Source of the DNA: Candidatus Poribacteria bacterium
GTDB taxonomy: Bacteria; Poribacteria; WGA-4E; WGA-3G
Assembly (NCBI GenBank): GCA_965198235.1
Contig: OZ240248.1
Span: 3,936,001 to 4,000,000, forward strand
Length of the DNA: 64,000 nucleotides
Reading direction: 5' to 3'
The position numbers and the translations under genes were made by a program. Positions 10,221-20,094 of this stretch are shown here, in pieces. How positions within the stretch are numbered: position 1 is the first letter of the stretch; every line of letters begins with the position of its first letter. The notes below the pieces were generated by a model. It was not told where the DNA came from. It was given only the letters and a program-made list of their open reading frames with translations, and ran no database searches.

Positions 10221-11060
10221 CTATTCAAGCGAGACAAAGTCAGCATCTACACGATGCGGAATTATACCAGCGGAACTACCACGGTGGAGCAATTCTCGCA
10301 CCCCTGCTCTACCCTTTTCACCATAATCAAGCGTATAGTCATTGACGTACATCCCTACAAATTTATCCGCGAGCGAGGTCTCCATGTCGCGTGCGTAAGT
10401 CATTGCGTACGCTAACCCGCGTTCTCGATGTTCGAGTGAATACTGAATGCTCTGTTTGAGTAATGCTGTTATCTTGCGAATTTTTTCGGTGCCGAGGTTG
10501 CGACGAATTACATTAGCACCGAGAGGCAGCGGTAGTCCTGTTTCCTCATACCACCACTCACCTAAATCAATGACTTTGTGAAGACCTTCGCGTGCGTAGG
10601 TTAACTGCCCCTCATGAATAATGAGTCCTGCGTCTACTTCATCCTGTTGGACGGCATCTAATATTTTATCAAAGGGACGGCTCTCTGCCTCAAAATCTGG
10701 TTGGAAGAGGCTAAGGGTGAGATAGGCGGTCGTCATTTTGCCGGGAATAGCGATGCGTTTACCCGCGAGTGTGTCTATCGGTGCCTTGGAAACAACAAGG
10801 GGACCGTACTGATCGCCGATGCTCGCGCCGCAAGGCGTGAACACATAATCCTTCGCGACGTAAGCGTAGGCGTGAACAGAGATTGCCGTAACTTCAAGTT
10901 CGGCTGCAAGCGCACGTCGATTGAGGGTTTCAATATCTTCAATGACATGAACAATCTCATAAGGATCAGTTGGAATCAATCCTTTGGCAAGAGCATAGAA
11001 CATGAAAGCATCATCGGAATCTGGGCTGTGCCCAATCCGAATTTTTTCAGTCTGTGGCAT
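10221..11060 (-). CDS. mqnD: 1,4-dihydroxy-6-naphthoate synthase (futalosine menaquinone pathway)
   Basis: GHSPDSDDAFMFYAL, DIETLN, YGPLVV, IAIPGKMTTA, GLIIHEGQLTY, DLGEWW..TGLPLPLG, MYVNDY. Confidence 0.88.
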   Translation of the reverse strand: MPQTEKIRIGHSPDSDDAFMFYALAKGLIPTDPYEIVHVIEDIETLNRRALAAELEVTAISVHAYAYVAKDYVFTPCGASIGDQYGPLVVSKAPIDTLAGKRIAIPGKMTTAYLTLSLFQPDFEAESRPFDKILDAVQQDEVDAGLIIHEGQLTYAREGLHKVIDLGEWWYEETGLPLPLGANVIRRNLGTEKIRKITALLKQSIQYSLEHRERGLAYAMTYARDMETSLADKFVGMYVNDYTLDYGEKGRAGVRELLHRGSSAGIIPHRVDADFVSLE

Positions 11061-11205
11061 AATATTCCTTTTTGATATCGGATTGTAGTTTTTCTTTAGA
11101 TAGTGTTATAATGAAATTGATCGGATGCATCTTTAATTTATGAATCAAGATACAAGCTTACGAACGACACCAGCACGCGAGGACGCGGAATTCTGTTAGA
11201 AACGT

Positions 11206-12147
11206 ATGCGTTTGCAAGCAATGCCCAAATACTTTTATCTCACAGCAACTCCACATGGACTCACAGAGTTAGTGAGTGCGGAATGCGTTGCTCTGACAGG
11301 ATCTGCGCCAAACACGGATGGTATAGCAATTTCAGATAGGTGCGTTGATGTACGTCGAGGTGCGTATCTGAAAAGTTGCAGCGAAATCCTTTTTGAATCA
11401 ACCAGTCTCACTGAACTCTGCGCGAACATCAGGTCCATTGGTTTACATGCGGACGAATTTCGAGTTTCTGTCGTAAAAAAGCCCCGCAACCTGAAAACAA
11501 ACTCTATGACACTCGCGCGGGACGTTGGCAATGCCATCAGTGGTAGTGCGAATCTACGTCAACCGCGGACTACTTTTCTAACGGTTGTGACGGCTGATAA
11601 AATGTGGTTCGGACAACTCCTTTCCGAGTCTGATGGTGCATGGCTTGCACATAACCAACGCCCTTATGTGACATCAAGTTCGCTACCGGCTCGACTTGCG
11701 CGTGTGCTCGTCAATTTAGTGGCATTCCCAGGAGATCGTCTGCTTGACCCGTGCTGTGGAACCGGTACCATTGTGATATCTGCCGCACATAGCGGTATCC
11801 ACGCAGTTGGTTACGATGTCAATCCACGCATGATAGGTGCCACGACGAAAAATCTTCAACATTTCGGACTCTCAGCAGACGTAGCACTGGGTGATGCGAG
11901 ACAAATTGATGGACAATATGACGCTATTGCAACAGATCTGCCCTACGGCATTAATCTTGTCAGAGATAGTTCGCAGGAAATAGAGATTTTGTCAAACTTG
12001 CGGACATGTGCGCCGAAAGCGGCGTTCATTGATCTTCGGGATCTCAGTAAAACGCTGACCGACCTTGGTTACCAGATTGAGGCTATTCTACCAGTGCCAA
12101 AGTTGAGCATTGTACGGCGCATTTTTATTACCTCTGTAGTGGCATAA
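11206..12147 (+). CDS. THUMP-like SAM-dependent RNA methyltransferase (Trm11/RlmL-like)
   Basis: LLDPCCGTGTI motif I, TDLPYG motif IV, SSLPARLARVLVNL. Confidence 0.75.
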   Translation: MRLQAMPKYFYLTATPHGLTELVSAECVALTGSAPNTDGIAISDRCVDVRRGAYLKSCSEILFESTSLTELCANIRSIGLHADEFRVSVVKKPRNLKTNSMTLARDVGNAISGSANLRQPRTTFLTVVTADKMWFGQLLSESDGAWLAHNQRPYVTSSSLPARLARVLVNLVAFPGDRLLDPCCGTGTIVISAAHSGIHAVGYDVNPRMIGATTKNLQHFGLSADVALGDARQIDGQYDAIATDLPYGINLVRDSSQEIEILSNLRTCAPKAAFIDLRDLSKTLTDLGYQIEAILPVPKLSIVRRIFITSVVA

Positions 12148-12181
12148 TAGTGTTCCCATGGCAAATGAGACGAATCTGGAC

Positions 12182-12625
12182 TCAATAGTCCTCAATGTTA
12201 TCGTAAAAATTCGTTTCTGGCAAGTACTCATCTTCGTTGAGTTCTTCCTCTTCATGCTCCTCGTATTCTGCCCGGCTGAGGAGGGTGTCTATTTCATTTG
12301 GGTTCTCGAGCCGGAATTTACAAATCCATCCATCTCCTTCTGGAAAGCGGTTGAGGAGTTCAACATCATCGTCAAGAGCCGCGTTGATTTCGTAAACTTC
12401 TCCTGTTACAGGTGCATAAATATAGAAATTCCTCCCGTCTGATGTTTCAACGCGTCCAATAATTTCGCCCTGCTCGTATTCGTCGAGAACTGGTAACTCT
12501 ATAAAAATAACACTGCTATAGACCTCCTGAATCCGTTCAGTGATCCCAACATTACACTCCCTTGAATTGAGAAATTCAATCCATTCGTGTGTTGTTGTGT
12601 ACTTTATCTCAAGGTTCTTCATCAT
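12182..12625 (-). CDS. Glycine cleavage H-protein-like protein lacking the lipoyl-lysine
   Basis: KYTTTHEW, VGIT, IELP, IYAPVTGEV, GWI motifs; ESVK loop reads ETSDG; GGAGGAGG RBS before 12625. Confidence 0.8.
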   Translation of the reverse strand: MMKNLEIKYTTTHEWIEFLNSRECNVGITERIQEVYSSVIFIELPVLDEYEQGEIIGRVETSDGRNFYIYAPVTGEVYEINAALDDDVELLNRFPEGDGWICKFRLENPNEIDTLLSRAEYEEHEEEELNEDEYLPETNFYDNIEDY

Positions 12626-12657
12626 GAACCTCCTCCCATTAAACATGATGAACCCTA

Positions 12658-13248
12658 TCACTTCACGATTCCAAGACCTTGAAGTTGTGCTTGGAAGGGT
12701 TCAAGCGCGTTTTGCCGAATCTGAATCTGAATAATCGGGTCCGGATCATATTTTATGTCTATCACTTTCCCACCCACGCGTTTGCACAGCGTAACGACAG
12801 TACCTATATCCGGATAGTTGACCTTTAGGTACATGTTTTGGTAGAAGATACGGTTTTCAATTGCAGCATTTTGGAGGCACTCCCTTGCACATTGACCGTA
12901 AGCACGAATTAATCCACCGATACCGAGATTGATACCACCATAATATCGAGCGACAACACAGATAATATTGGACAAATCAAAAGCGCGAATCGCTGAAAGA
13001 ATAGGCGGACCGGCAGAATGAGTGGGTTCTCCCGCATCTGTAGCATACTCACGCAGCGTGGCATCGCTTCCAATAGTGTAAGCATAACAATAGTGCGAGG
13101 CACGTGGGCTTCGTTCTTGCACTTGACTCAGAAAATCTTTCACTGCTTCTTGGGTATGTACAGCAGTTGCCTCTCCGAAAAATCGAGATTTTTTTACAAC
13201 GTGATACGCGTGGGCTATTCCCACTACCGTTCTATATTGGTCAGACAT
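12658..13248 (-). CDS. yigZ: YigZ/IMPACT family protein
   Basis: VKKSRF, ASHYCYAY, DAGEPTHSAG, VVARYYGGINLGIGGLIRAY. Confidence 0.88.
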   Translation of the reverse strand: MSDQYRTVVGIAHAYHVVKKSRFFGEATAVHTQEAVKDFLSQVQERSPRASHYCYAYTIGSDATLREYATDAGEPTHSAGPPILSAIRAFDLSNIICVVARYYGGINLGIGGLIRAYGQCARECLQNAAIENRIFYQNMYLKVNYPDIGTVVTLCKRVGGKVIDIKYDPDPIIQIQIRQNALEPFQAQLQGLGIVK

Positions 13249-13272
13249 ACGTCACGATTGTAGTTCCAATTG

Positions 13273-14385
13273 CTAAAAGATTTGCCCAATTGAAAAAGCA
13301 TATACAGCCTTCCCCTGCACGATGTGGATACGTTCTTCATCTACCACAACAGGTGTAAATTGCGGTGTATATGCTGCATTGAGGATGATGTTTCCGAATC
13401 TGAAACCGATCCCGAAGCAGAAGCCTTCTGCTTTCCAGAGCCGTTCTTCCGTTTCAAACGAAGCGTCTTGAAAGAGAAACACCGATGTGTAACGCTTTTG
13501 TGTGTCTCTGAGGTACCCGATTCTAATCCCAATTCGGTAGCGATACCATGCTTCAACCCCCATATTTACTCGAATACCATCGCGGAAAGGGGGATGCGCG
13601 TCTAAACCGAATCGCAAAGCCACGTCCGATATTTCGCGCTGGTATGCGATGCCGGTTACAATCGAACGTTCCATTGTATCCGGAATAGAGGGATCAGAAA
13701 AGGAGAGTCCATTACTCAAATTTTGAACGACAGCACCAATCTGAATTGCCTCTCCAATCTGTTGAATAAAACCGACGTTATAGGCATATCCGTGACCAAG
13801 GTCTTCATTGCCATCAATATCGATTACCTTAGAGCGCAGCCATTTCGTATCAACACCGATAACGGTGCCTCCGAATATATTTAACCCGTAACTGAGACCG
13901 ATCGCAAGATTATTTTCGCGGAAATTGTTAAGTGCCTTTCCAACATGGTCTACTCGGCGAAATGCCCCTTCCTGTTCAAGAGCGAGTGCCAATCCAAGCG
14001 TGCCGAATTTTCCTACTGGAAATGCCCAATTTAAAGTTTCAACACCGGACGAGTGTTGTTCATACCGACTATAATCCTCATAATTGGCATTTAGGTTCGG
14101 TTTGGAAAGCAGGGCGATACTGCGTGGGAAACGGATGGCGTGAATAACGAATCGGTTTCCCGCCGTCTCACTGATACCAGCTGGATTACTACCTAAGGCG
14201 TTCGCACCGCGGGTTGCGCCAACAAAACTCCCTCCCATTCCATAATGTTCGGCTCCAAGCAACTGTTTGAGGAATCCATCTGCAGATGCTCTCGTGTTTG
14301 CTATTGAGGTAGGGCTACTCATAACAAAGAAGAGGATTACCATACAGGGCAGGACAGCCGCAACACAATTTTGGACGTATTTCAC
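13273..14385 (-). CDS. PorV/PorQ-like outer-membrane beta-barrel protein
   Basis: Signal peptide; GAEHYGMGGSFVG..ANALGSNPAG; amphipathic strands; GIRIGY; C-terminal Phe. Confidence 0.7.
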   Translation of the reverse strand: MKYVQNCVAAVLPCMVILFFVMSSPTSIANTRASADGFLKQLLGAEHYGMGGSFVGATRGANALGSNPAGISETAGNRFVIHAIRFPRSIALLSKPNLNANYEDYSRYEQHSSGVETLNWAFPVGKFGTLGLALALEQEGAFRRVDHVGKALNNFRENNLAIGLSYGLNIFGGTVIGVDTKWLRSKVIDIDGNEDLGHGYAYNVGFIQQIGEAIQIGAVVQNLSNGLSFSDPSIPDTMERSIVTGIAYQREISDVALRFGLDAHPPFRDGIRVNMGVEAWYRYRIGIRIGYLRDTQKRYTSVFLFQDASFETEERLWKAEGFCFGIGFRFGNIILNAAYTPQFTPVVVDEERIHIVQGKAVYAFSIGQIF

Positions 14386-14470
14386 TTCTTACCTCACGCG
14401 AAAGAGGTACGCCGTAAGGCATCACCTTTATGTTTAAGCATGCAGAAATCGAGTGCGAACGTAAACTGAA

Positions 14471-14884
14471 TCAAACGGAACAGAGTGTAACTTGAGCGAC
14501 GGCATAGTCATTTGTATGGGACATAGAAACGAATAATGAGCTAATATTGCATTCCTGTGCATAGCGTTGAACTTCGCCGTGTAGGACGAGTTCCGGTTTC
14601 CCGATAGTATTCGCCCGAATTTCGACATCTTGCCAACGCATACCTGTAGTCAAACCTGTGCCGAGAGCCTTGAGTGTAGCCTCTTTCGCAGCAAAACGAG
14701 CAGCAAGCCGCCAGTACCGAGACGGCGTATCTCCACAATAAGCGAGCTCTTGCTGTGTGTAAACCTTTTGTTCAAACCGTGAGCCCCATCGACGAGATGC
14801 GTCTCGGATCCGTTCTACTTCAATAATATCAATGCCGATTCCCTGAATTTTTTGCTGGTACATCAGATTGTCTATAGAGTACAT
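14471..14884 (-). CDS. acpS: Holo-[acyl-carrier-protein] synthase
   Basis: GIGIDIIEVERI, LAARFAAKEATLKALGTG, GKP, VSMSH; start could be the Met at 14863. Confidence 0.93.
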   Translation of the reverse strand: MYSIDNLMYQQKIQGIGIDIIEVERIRDASRRWGSRFEQKVYTQQELAYCGDTPSRYWRLAARFAAKEATLKALGTGLTTGMRWQDVEIRANTIGKPELVLHGEVQRYAQECNISSLFVSMSHTNDYAVAQVTLCSV

Positions 14885-15692
14885 CCGTCATTTGGGCAGC
14901 ACGAACGTTTGCTTTGACATCATGGACCCGCACAATGTCAGCACCGTGTGCAATAGCCCAACAGACTGTCGCAGTTGTTCCTTCAACGCGCTCGGTTACA
15001 GGGAGGTCTAAAATGTTACCGATAAATGATTTCCGTGAAGTCCCAACGAGCAGAGGTTTGTGTAACCCCCGGAATTCCGCAAGGCGTTTTAGGATTTCAA
15101 GGTTGTGTTCTATCGTCTTGCCAAATCCAATCCCTGGGTCGATAATGATGCGATCGGCGGTAATACCTTGGGATTCGGCAGTCTCAATACTCTTCTGAAG
15201 CGAATCACAGATATCGCCAACGACATCGTCATATTGAGGAGCTTGTTGCATCGTGCGCGGTGTGCCTTTCATGTGCATCAGAATCAGTCCCGCTGCCATT
15301 TCTGATACAACCGCTGCCATTGCGGTGTCTCCGTGCAACGCTGTGATGTCATTGATAAGATGTGCGCCGGCTTCAAGTGCGTGCCGAGCCACTTCAGCTT
15401 TATATGTGTCAACGGAAAGAAGAACATCAACGGTGTCAACAATAGCGCGAATGACGGGTAGGATTCGCGCCAATTCCTCACGAATGGACACCGGGGATGC
15501 CCCGGGGCGGGATGATTCACCTCCAATATCAATGAGGGTCGCACCTTCCGTCACCATCAGTGCGGCATGTGCGACCGCCCGTTTGACATCAAGGTAACAC
15601 CCTCCGTCGGAAAAAGAATCGGGTGTGACGTTCAAGATGCCCATTACATGTGTATGTAGACCTAAAGTGAGCAATTTGCCACGACAGTTCAT
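14829..15692 (-). CDS. folP: Dihydropteroate synthase
   Basis: MGILNVTPDSFSDGG, IDIGGESSRPG, DPGIGFGK, GTSRKSF, IVRVHDV. Confidence 0.96.
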   Translation of the reverse strand: MNCRGKLLTLGLHTHVMGILNVTPDSFSDGGCYLDVKRAVAHAALMVTEGATLIDIGGESSRPGASPVSIREELARILPVIRAIVDTVDVLLSVDTYKAEVARHALEAGAHLINDITALHGDTAMAAVVSEMAAGLILMHMKGTPRTMQQAPQYDDVVGDICDSLQKSIETAESQGITADRIIIDPGIGFGKTIEHNLEILKRLAEFRGLHKPLLVGTSRKSFIGNILDLPVTERVEGTTATVCWAIAHGADIVRVHDVKANVRAAQMTDVLYRQSDVPAKNSGNRH

Positions 15693-17611
15693 ACGATTGG
15701 TTTCGCTGGCAGTTGTGGCCGGGGTCCGAGAATCTCGTCAATATCTTCGGTAACAAGCGTTTCCCGTTCTAAGAGTGCGTCGGCGAGTAACTTTAAGCCT
15801 TCAAGATTCGTTTCCAAGATTTCTCGTGCCTTATTATAGCACTCTGTTACAATATCATGGACTGCCCTGTCGATTTCAATGGCAGTTTTTTCACTATAAT
15901 CCTGATGAACACTTAATTCTTTACCGAGGAAGACCTGTTCGTTGCGTTTACCGTAGGTGAGAGGTCCCATGTGGCTCATACCCCATTGAGTAACCATTCG
16001 GCGTGCGAGGCTTGTCGCTTGCTCAAAATCGTTTTGTGCGCCGGTAGTTTGTTCGCCAAATATAATTTCTTCAGCAACTCTGCCTCCCAAGGCAAAAATA
16101 ATATGCGCGAGTAGACGTTTTTTGCTCATATTATGCCGCTCTTCGAGAGGGAGTTTCGCTGTTACACCGAGAGCTCTACCGCGTGGAACAATAGTACACT
16201 TGTAGTTTGGATCACTTTCCGGTACGAAGTGTAGCATAAGTGCGTGCCCAGCTTCGTGATAAGCCGTAACTCGTCTTTCCTCAGCACTAATGACGAGGCT
16301 ACGTCGTTCGGGACCCATAAGCACGCGGTCTTTGGCTTCGTCAAAGCACATCATGTCGACATTCTCTTTGTCGCACCTTGCAGCGAGCAGAGCGGCTTCG
16401 TTCTTCATGTTTTCGAGGTCTGCGCCAGAGAAGCCCGGTGTTGCCTTCGCTAAGATTCCCAAATTGACATTCTCAGCGAGTTTATAAGGGTCTTTTGTAT
16501 GGACCGTGAGTATTGCTTCTCTACCGCGAACATCCGGTAAGTCAACAACAATCTGTCGGTCAAATCGACCCGGACGCAGGAGGGCGGGATCTAAAACATC
16601 AGGGCGGTTTGTCGCTGCGATGAGTATCACACCTTCGGATGCATCAAACCCCTGCATTTCAACGAGAAGCTGATTTAAGGTTTGTTCGCGTTCATCGTGT
16701 CCGCCGCCGATACCAGCCCCACGATGTCTGCCGACAGCATCTAACTCATCAATAAAAATGATACAAGGTGCATTCTTCTTCCCAGTTTCAAATAGGTCTC
16801 TGACACGGGACGCGCCTACGCCCACGAACATTTCAACGAAGTCGGAACCGCTAATGCTATAGAAGGGCACGTCTGCCTCACCCGCAACGGCTTGGGCAAG
16901 CATTGTTTTACCGGTGCCGGGCGGTCCCATGAGCAGAACACCTTTTGGTATTCTGCCTCCGAGTCGCTCAAATTTTTTGGGTGCCTTCAGAAATTCGATG
17001 ACTTCCTCAAGTGCTTCTTTCGCCTCATCGACACCCGCGACATCTTCAAATGTCACTTTCGTTTGGTTTTCGGAGTGGAGTTTGGCACGGCTTTTACCAA
17101 AAGATAGGGCTCGATTCCCACTTCCCTGCATCTGACGCGACAGGAAAATCATCAATCCTAAGAAAATAAGTAGCGGTACAACCGTTGTCCCGAAAATAAG
17201 CAAACCTTGCGGGAATTTAGAGGGTGGCTTGACGTTATAGTTAATGCCAAACTCGTCAAGTTTCGCTTGGATGTCATAATCGTCGATCACATCGCGGCTC
17301 GCTCTAAATTCGCCTTGCCAATTTGGCGGGAGATGGGCTTCTTGTTCTTCAATATCCACGCTCTTCAGAATTTCGTTGCGGATTTCATTGAGTAGGTTTT
17401 TATTGAACTGTCCTTCAACCCATTCTTCATCTAAAACAAGGTATCCTTCAAACAGGGATGAACCGCGCATTATGTATTGATGAAAATCAGAGGTCGCGAG
17501 TTGATAAACTGGATCTCTGCGGTTGAATAGTTGGTAAATGCCGAGGACGACGAGTCCGGCAACAACTATCCACCAAATCACCATGCTTCTTGTACTTTTA
17601 TTCACAACCAA
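15689..17611 (-). CDS. ftsH: ATP-dependent zinc metalloprotease FtsH
   Basis: Two TM helices, [41 protein letters not shown]. Confidence 0.97.
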   Translation of the reverse strand: MVVNKSTRSMVIWWIVVAGLVVLGIYQLFNRRDPVYQLATSDFHQYIMRGSSLFEGYLVLDEEWVEGQFNKNLLNEIRNEILKSVDIEEQEAHLPPNWQGEFRASRDVIDDYDIQAKLDEFGINYNVKPPSKFPQGLLIFGTTVVPLLIFLGLMIFLSRQMQGSGNRALSFGKSRAKLHSENQTKVTFEDVAGVDEAKEALEEVIEFLKAPKKFERLGGRIPKGVLLMGPPGTGKTMLAQAVAGEADVPFYSISGSDFVEMFVGVGASRVRDLFETGKKNAPCIIFIDELDAVGRHRGAGIGGGHDEREQTLNQLLVEMQGFDASEGVILIAATNRPDVLDPALLRPGRFDRQIVVDLPDVRGREAILTVHTKDPYKLAENVNLGILAKATPGFSGADLENMKNEAALLAARCDKENVDMMCFDEAKDRVLMGPERRSLVISAEERRVTAYHEAGHALMLHFVPESDPNYKCTIVPRGRALGVTAKLPLEERHNMSKKRLLAHIIFALGGRVAEEIIFGEQTTGAQNDFEQATSLARRMVTQWGMSHMGPLTYGKRNEQVFLGKELSVHQDYSEKTAIEIDRAVHDIVTECYNKAREILETNLEGLKLLADALLERETLVTEDIDEILGPRPQLPAKPIV

Positions 17612-17994
17612 TTGCCTCTCTGTTAAATTCTGAGCACTTACAAAAAATTGATTTCAAAACGTGTTTAGTTTAAAAGTATAACAAATTTTTTTCCAAATTT
17701 CAACTGAATTTAAAAAAATCGTCTATTTCCGAATCACGAATGTATTAATAGCAATTTTAATTGGATAAATAATTGTGATTAAGATATACTAATTCATATA
17801 GTGAAGAAATAAAAAATAGGTGCAACAAAATGTTTAGAACTGTGCTGCGATGTTTACGAAATGCTCCGGCGCGGTAAAAATAAAACAAAGTTCATTGAAT
17901 TAATTGGATTGTGATGCCTAAAATCCTCACATAAAAAGCGACAGGGTGTGCCATGAAATCCAATCCTACAGGCTATCCCGGAAAGGAGGAGTTT

Positions 17995-18708
17995 ATGAAT
18001 CTTAACAAACAGATGCTTGCGACAATTATCCTTCTGCTGGCTACGATGCCCCATGCATTAGGACACGTCACAGGCAGCAATCTTCAAAATTTTCAATATA
18101 ATGCAGAATTCGCACCGGTCGCGCCTATCGTAGATGGCTATCTTGACGATCCGGTTTGGAAAAGAGCCATTCCTGGGAAACTGGAACAAGATTTAATGAG
18201 TGGGGACCGCTGGCACGCATCTCCTGATTTTACGGGAACCTTCGGAGCGGTTTGGCGAAACGGTTTCCTTTATGTAGCTATTAAAATAGTAGATGATCAA
18301 CTGGAAAATCGGCAAACAAAATTGCTTCGTGAGGATCATCTTATCGTTTACGTAGACCCGCATCATTCGGGACGAATGGAAGACCTCTACAGTTTTAAGA
18401 TCCCGGTTGAAAAAGAGATGGGCACCCTAAAATCACCATTGACGCGAGTTGCATGGGGAAACGATGGACAGACCTGTGAGTTAAGTTTCCGTCTTGACAA
18501 CCTCGCGAGAAAGGGCAATAGCATCGGGTTCCTCATCGCCTATAATGATGTCGATAACGGTAACCTCCAACATAAAATCGGTTGGGTTCCAGAAGGTTAC
18601 ACTATGGAGGAAAACGGTTACCTTCCCGATCTCGTTTTCACTGCGAGGATCGAACCAACTCGGCATCAAAAATTAATCCAGTGGGGACGCATCAAAAGTC
18701 TCTATTAG
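17995..18708 (+). CDS. Secreted CBM9/DOMON-like sugar-binding protein with WGRIK tail
   Basis: GGAGGAG RBS, signal peptide, APIVDGYLDDPVW, FLYVAIKIVDD, YNDVD, tail IEP..QKLIQWGRIKSLY. Confidence 0.72.
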   Translation: MNLNKQMLATIILLLATMPHALGHVTGSNLQNFQYNAEFAPVAPIVDGYLDDPVWKRAIPGKLEQDLMSGDRWHASPDFTGTFGAVWRNGFLYVAIKIVDDQLENRQTKLLREDHLIVYVDPHHSGRMEDLYSFKIPVEKEMGTLKSPLTRVAWGNDGQTCELSFRLDNLARKGNSIGFLIAYNDVDNGNLQHKIGWVPEGYTMEENGYLPDLVFTARIEPTRHQKLIQWGRIKSLY

Positions 18709-18713
18709 TTTGC

Positions 18714-18750
18714 AACCGTAGCGGAGGCGTGAAAACCTCGCCCTACGGTT
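18714..18750. repeat. GTAG-type REP palindrome
   Basis: AACCGTAG...GAGG/CCTC...CTACGGTT inverted repeat. Confidence 0.6.
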
Positions 18751-18752
18751 AA

Positions 18753-18971
18753 ATGAAATACCCCCCATTATATAGCACTGGTGAATTCGTGTATTATATC
18801 GGAAAAACTTTGGAACTGATGGGCATAGTATGCTTAGGAGCAGGACTTTACTTAGGCTGCGTCAATCCGTATGGTTACAGTGAATCCAAAGCAATGGGCG
18901 TTGAGATGGGCTTCCTAACGCTCGGCGTTTTGGTTTTTTTTGTCGGAAGACTCATTGAGAAACGTCAATGA
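18753..18971 (+). CDS. Small two-TM membrane protein
   Basis: Two hydrophobic segments in 72 aa. Confidence 0.55.
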   Translation: MKYPPLYSTGEFVYYIGKTLELMGIVCLGAGLYLGCVNPYGYSESKAMGVEMGFLTLGVLVFFVGRLIEKRQ

Positions 18972-18988
18972 GGATTAATAATTAAAAC

Positions 18989-20068
18989 ATGCAATACATA
19001 CCTGAAAATGCCCAAAATGCTGATAAATCCGTTCCAATCGACCAAATTCTGTGCGGCGACAATCTTGAACTCATCCAGAAGTTACCGGATTGCAGTATTC
19101 ACTTGGTAATTACGTCTCCACCATATTTTCAGCAGCGCGACTATGGCGGCGGTATGGGGAATGAAAAGGATGCTAATGAATATATTGATACACTACTCTG
19201 TCTCTTCCGCGAATGCGTCCGCGTCGTCAGAAATGACGGTAGTATCGTTTTCAATATAGGTGATAAATATGAGGATAGCAACTTACTTCTTGTTCCCTAC
19301 CAGTTTGCGGTTGCTGCGACGAAGACAGGTTTAGTAAAACTCGTGAACGAAATCACGTGGATTAAACGGAATCCAACTCCGCGTCAGTTTCGCCGCCGCC
19401 TTGTCAGTAGCACAGAACCATTCTTCCACTTTGTCAAGTCAGACGGCTATTTCTACGACCTCAACGCCTTCTTGGCGGAGGAACGTATTCCGAAACAATC
19501 AAGTAAAAAAGCCAGCACTAAGGTTGGACAGCGATACTTTGAACTTATTACGGAATCTGAGCTGTCTGAGGCAGAAAAAGTTGCTGCGCGTCGCGAACTT
19601 ACAGAAGTTATCCAAGAGGTGCTCCAAGGACAGACGCATAGTTTTCGGATGAAAATTCGTGGCATTCATTCGGAACCGTTCGGTGGGCAGATAGGTGGAC
19701 GCACACTGCAATTAAAAAATAAAGGGTTCACAATCATTCGGATGCACGGCAATAAACTCAAGCGAGACGTGATTGAAACACCAGTAGCCACAGTTAAAGG
19801 AAATAAACATCCGGCGATCTATCCTGTGGGAGTCGTGGAGGAGTTCTTACACCTTCTCACGCCGACTGGTGCATTAGTTTTAGACCCGTTTATGGGTTCT
19901 GGGTCAACCGCGGTTGCATGCAAAAAACTGGGTAGACGTTATATTGGCTATGATATTAATGCTGAATACTGTGAAGATGCCCGACAGCGTATATCAGAAA
20001 CACCGGATGGCTCGCTACGTCTATTTGAGGGTAAGTTGCAGTGTAGAAAAATATATACAAATCTATAG
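18989..20068 (+). CDS. Site-specific DNA methyltransferase, beta class, probably N4-cytosine (orphan)
   Basis: Motif IV TSPPY at N-terminus; HPAIYP; motif I LDPFMGSGS at C-terminus. Confidence 0.9.
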   Translation: MQYIPENAQNADKSVPIDQILCGDNLELIQKLPDCSIHLVITSPPYFQQRDYGGGMGNEKDANEYIDTLLCLFRECVRVVRNDGSIVFNIGDKYEDSNLLLVPYQFAVAATKTGLVKLVNEITWIKRNPTPRQFRRRLVSSTEPFFHFVKSDGYFYDLNAFLAEERIPKQSSKKASTKVGQRYFELITESELSEAEKVAARRELTEVIQEVLQGQTHSFRMKIRGIHSEPFGGQIGGRTLQLKNKGFTIIRMHGNKLKRDVIETPVATVKGNKHPAIYPVGVVEEFLHLLTPTGALVLDPFMGSGSTAVACKKLGRRYIGYDINAEYCEDARQRISETPDGSLRLFEGKLQCRKIYTNL

Positions 20069-20094
20069 ATTTTTATTCAAATCTTACTTGACAT

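Noticed and set aside
14829-14884. folP/acpS overlap as a frameshifted fusion
   Set aside because: Both proteins are complete; a later Met shortens the overlap and I found no convincing frameshift signal
17612-17994. AT-rich intergenic region as ncRNA or replication origin
   Set aside because: No DnaA-box array or recognisable RNA fold; explained as divergent promoters for ftsH and the 17995 gene
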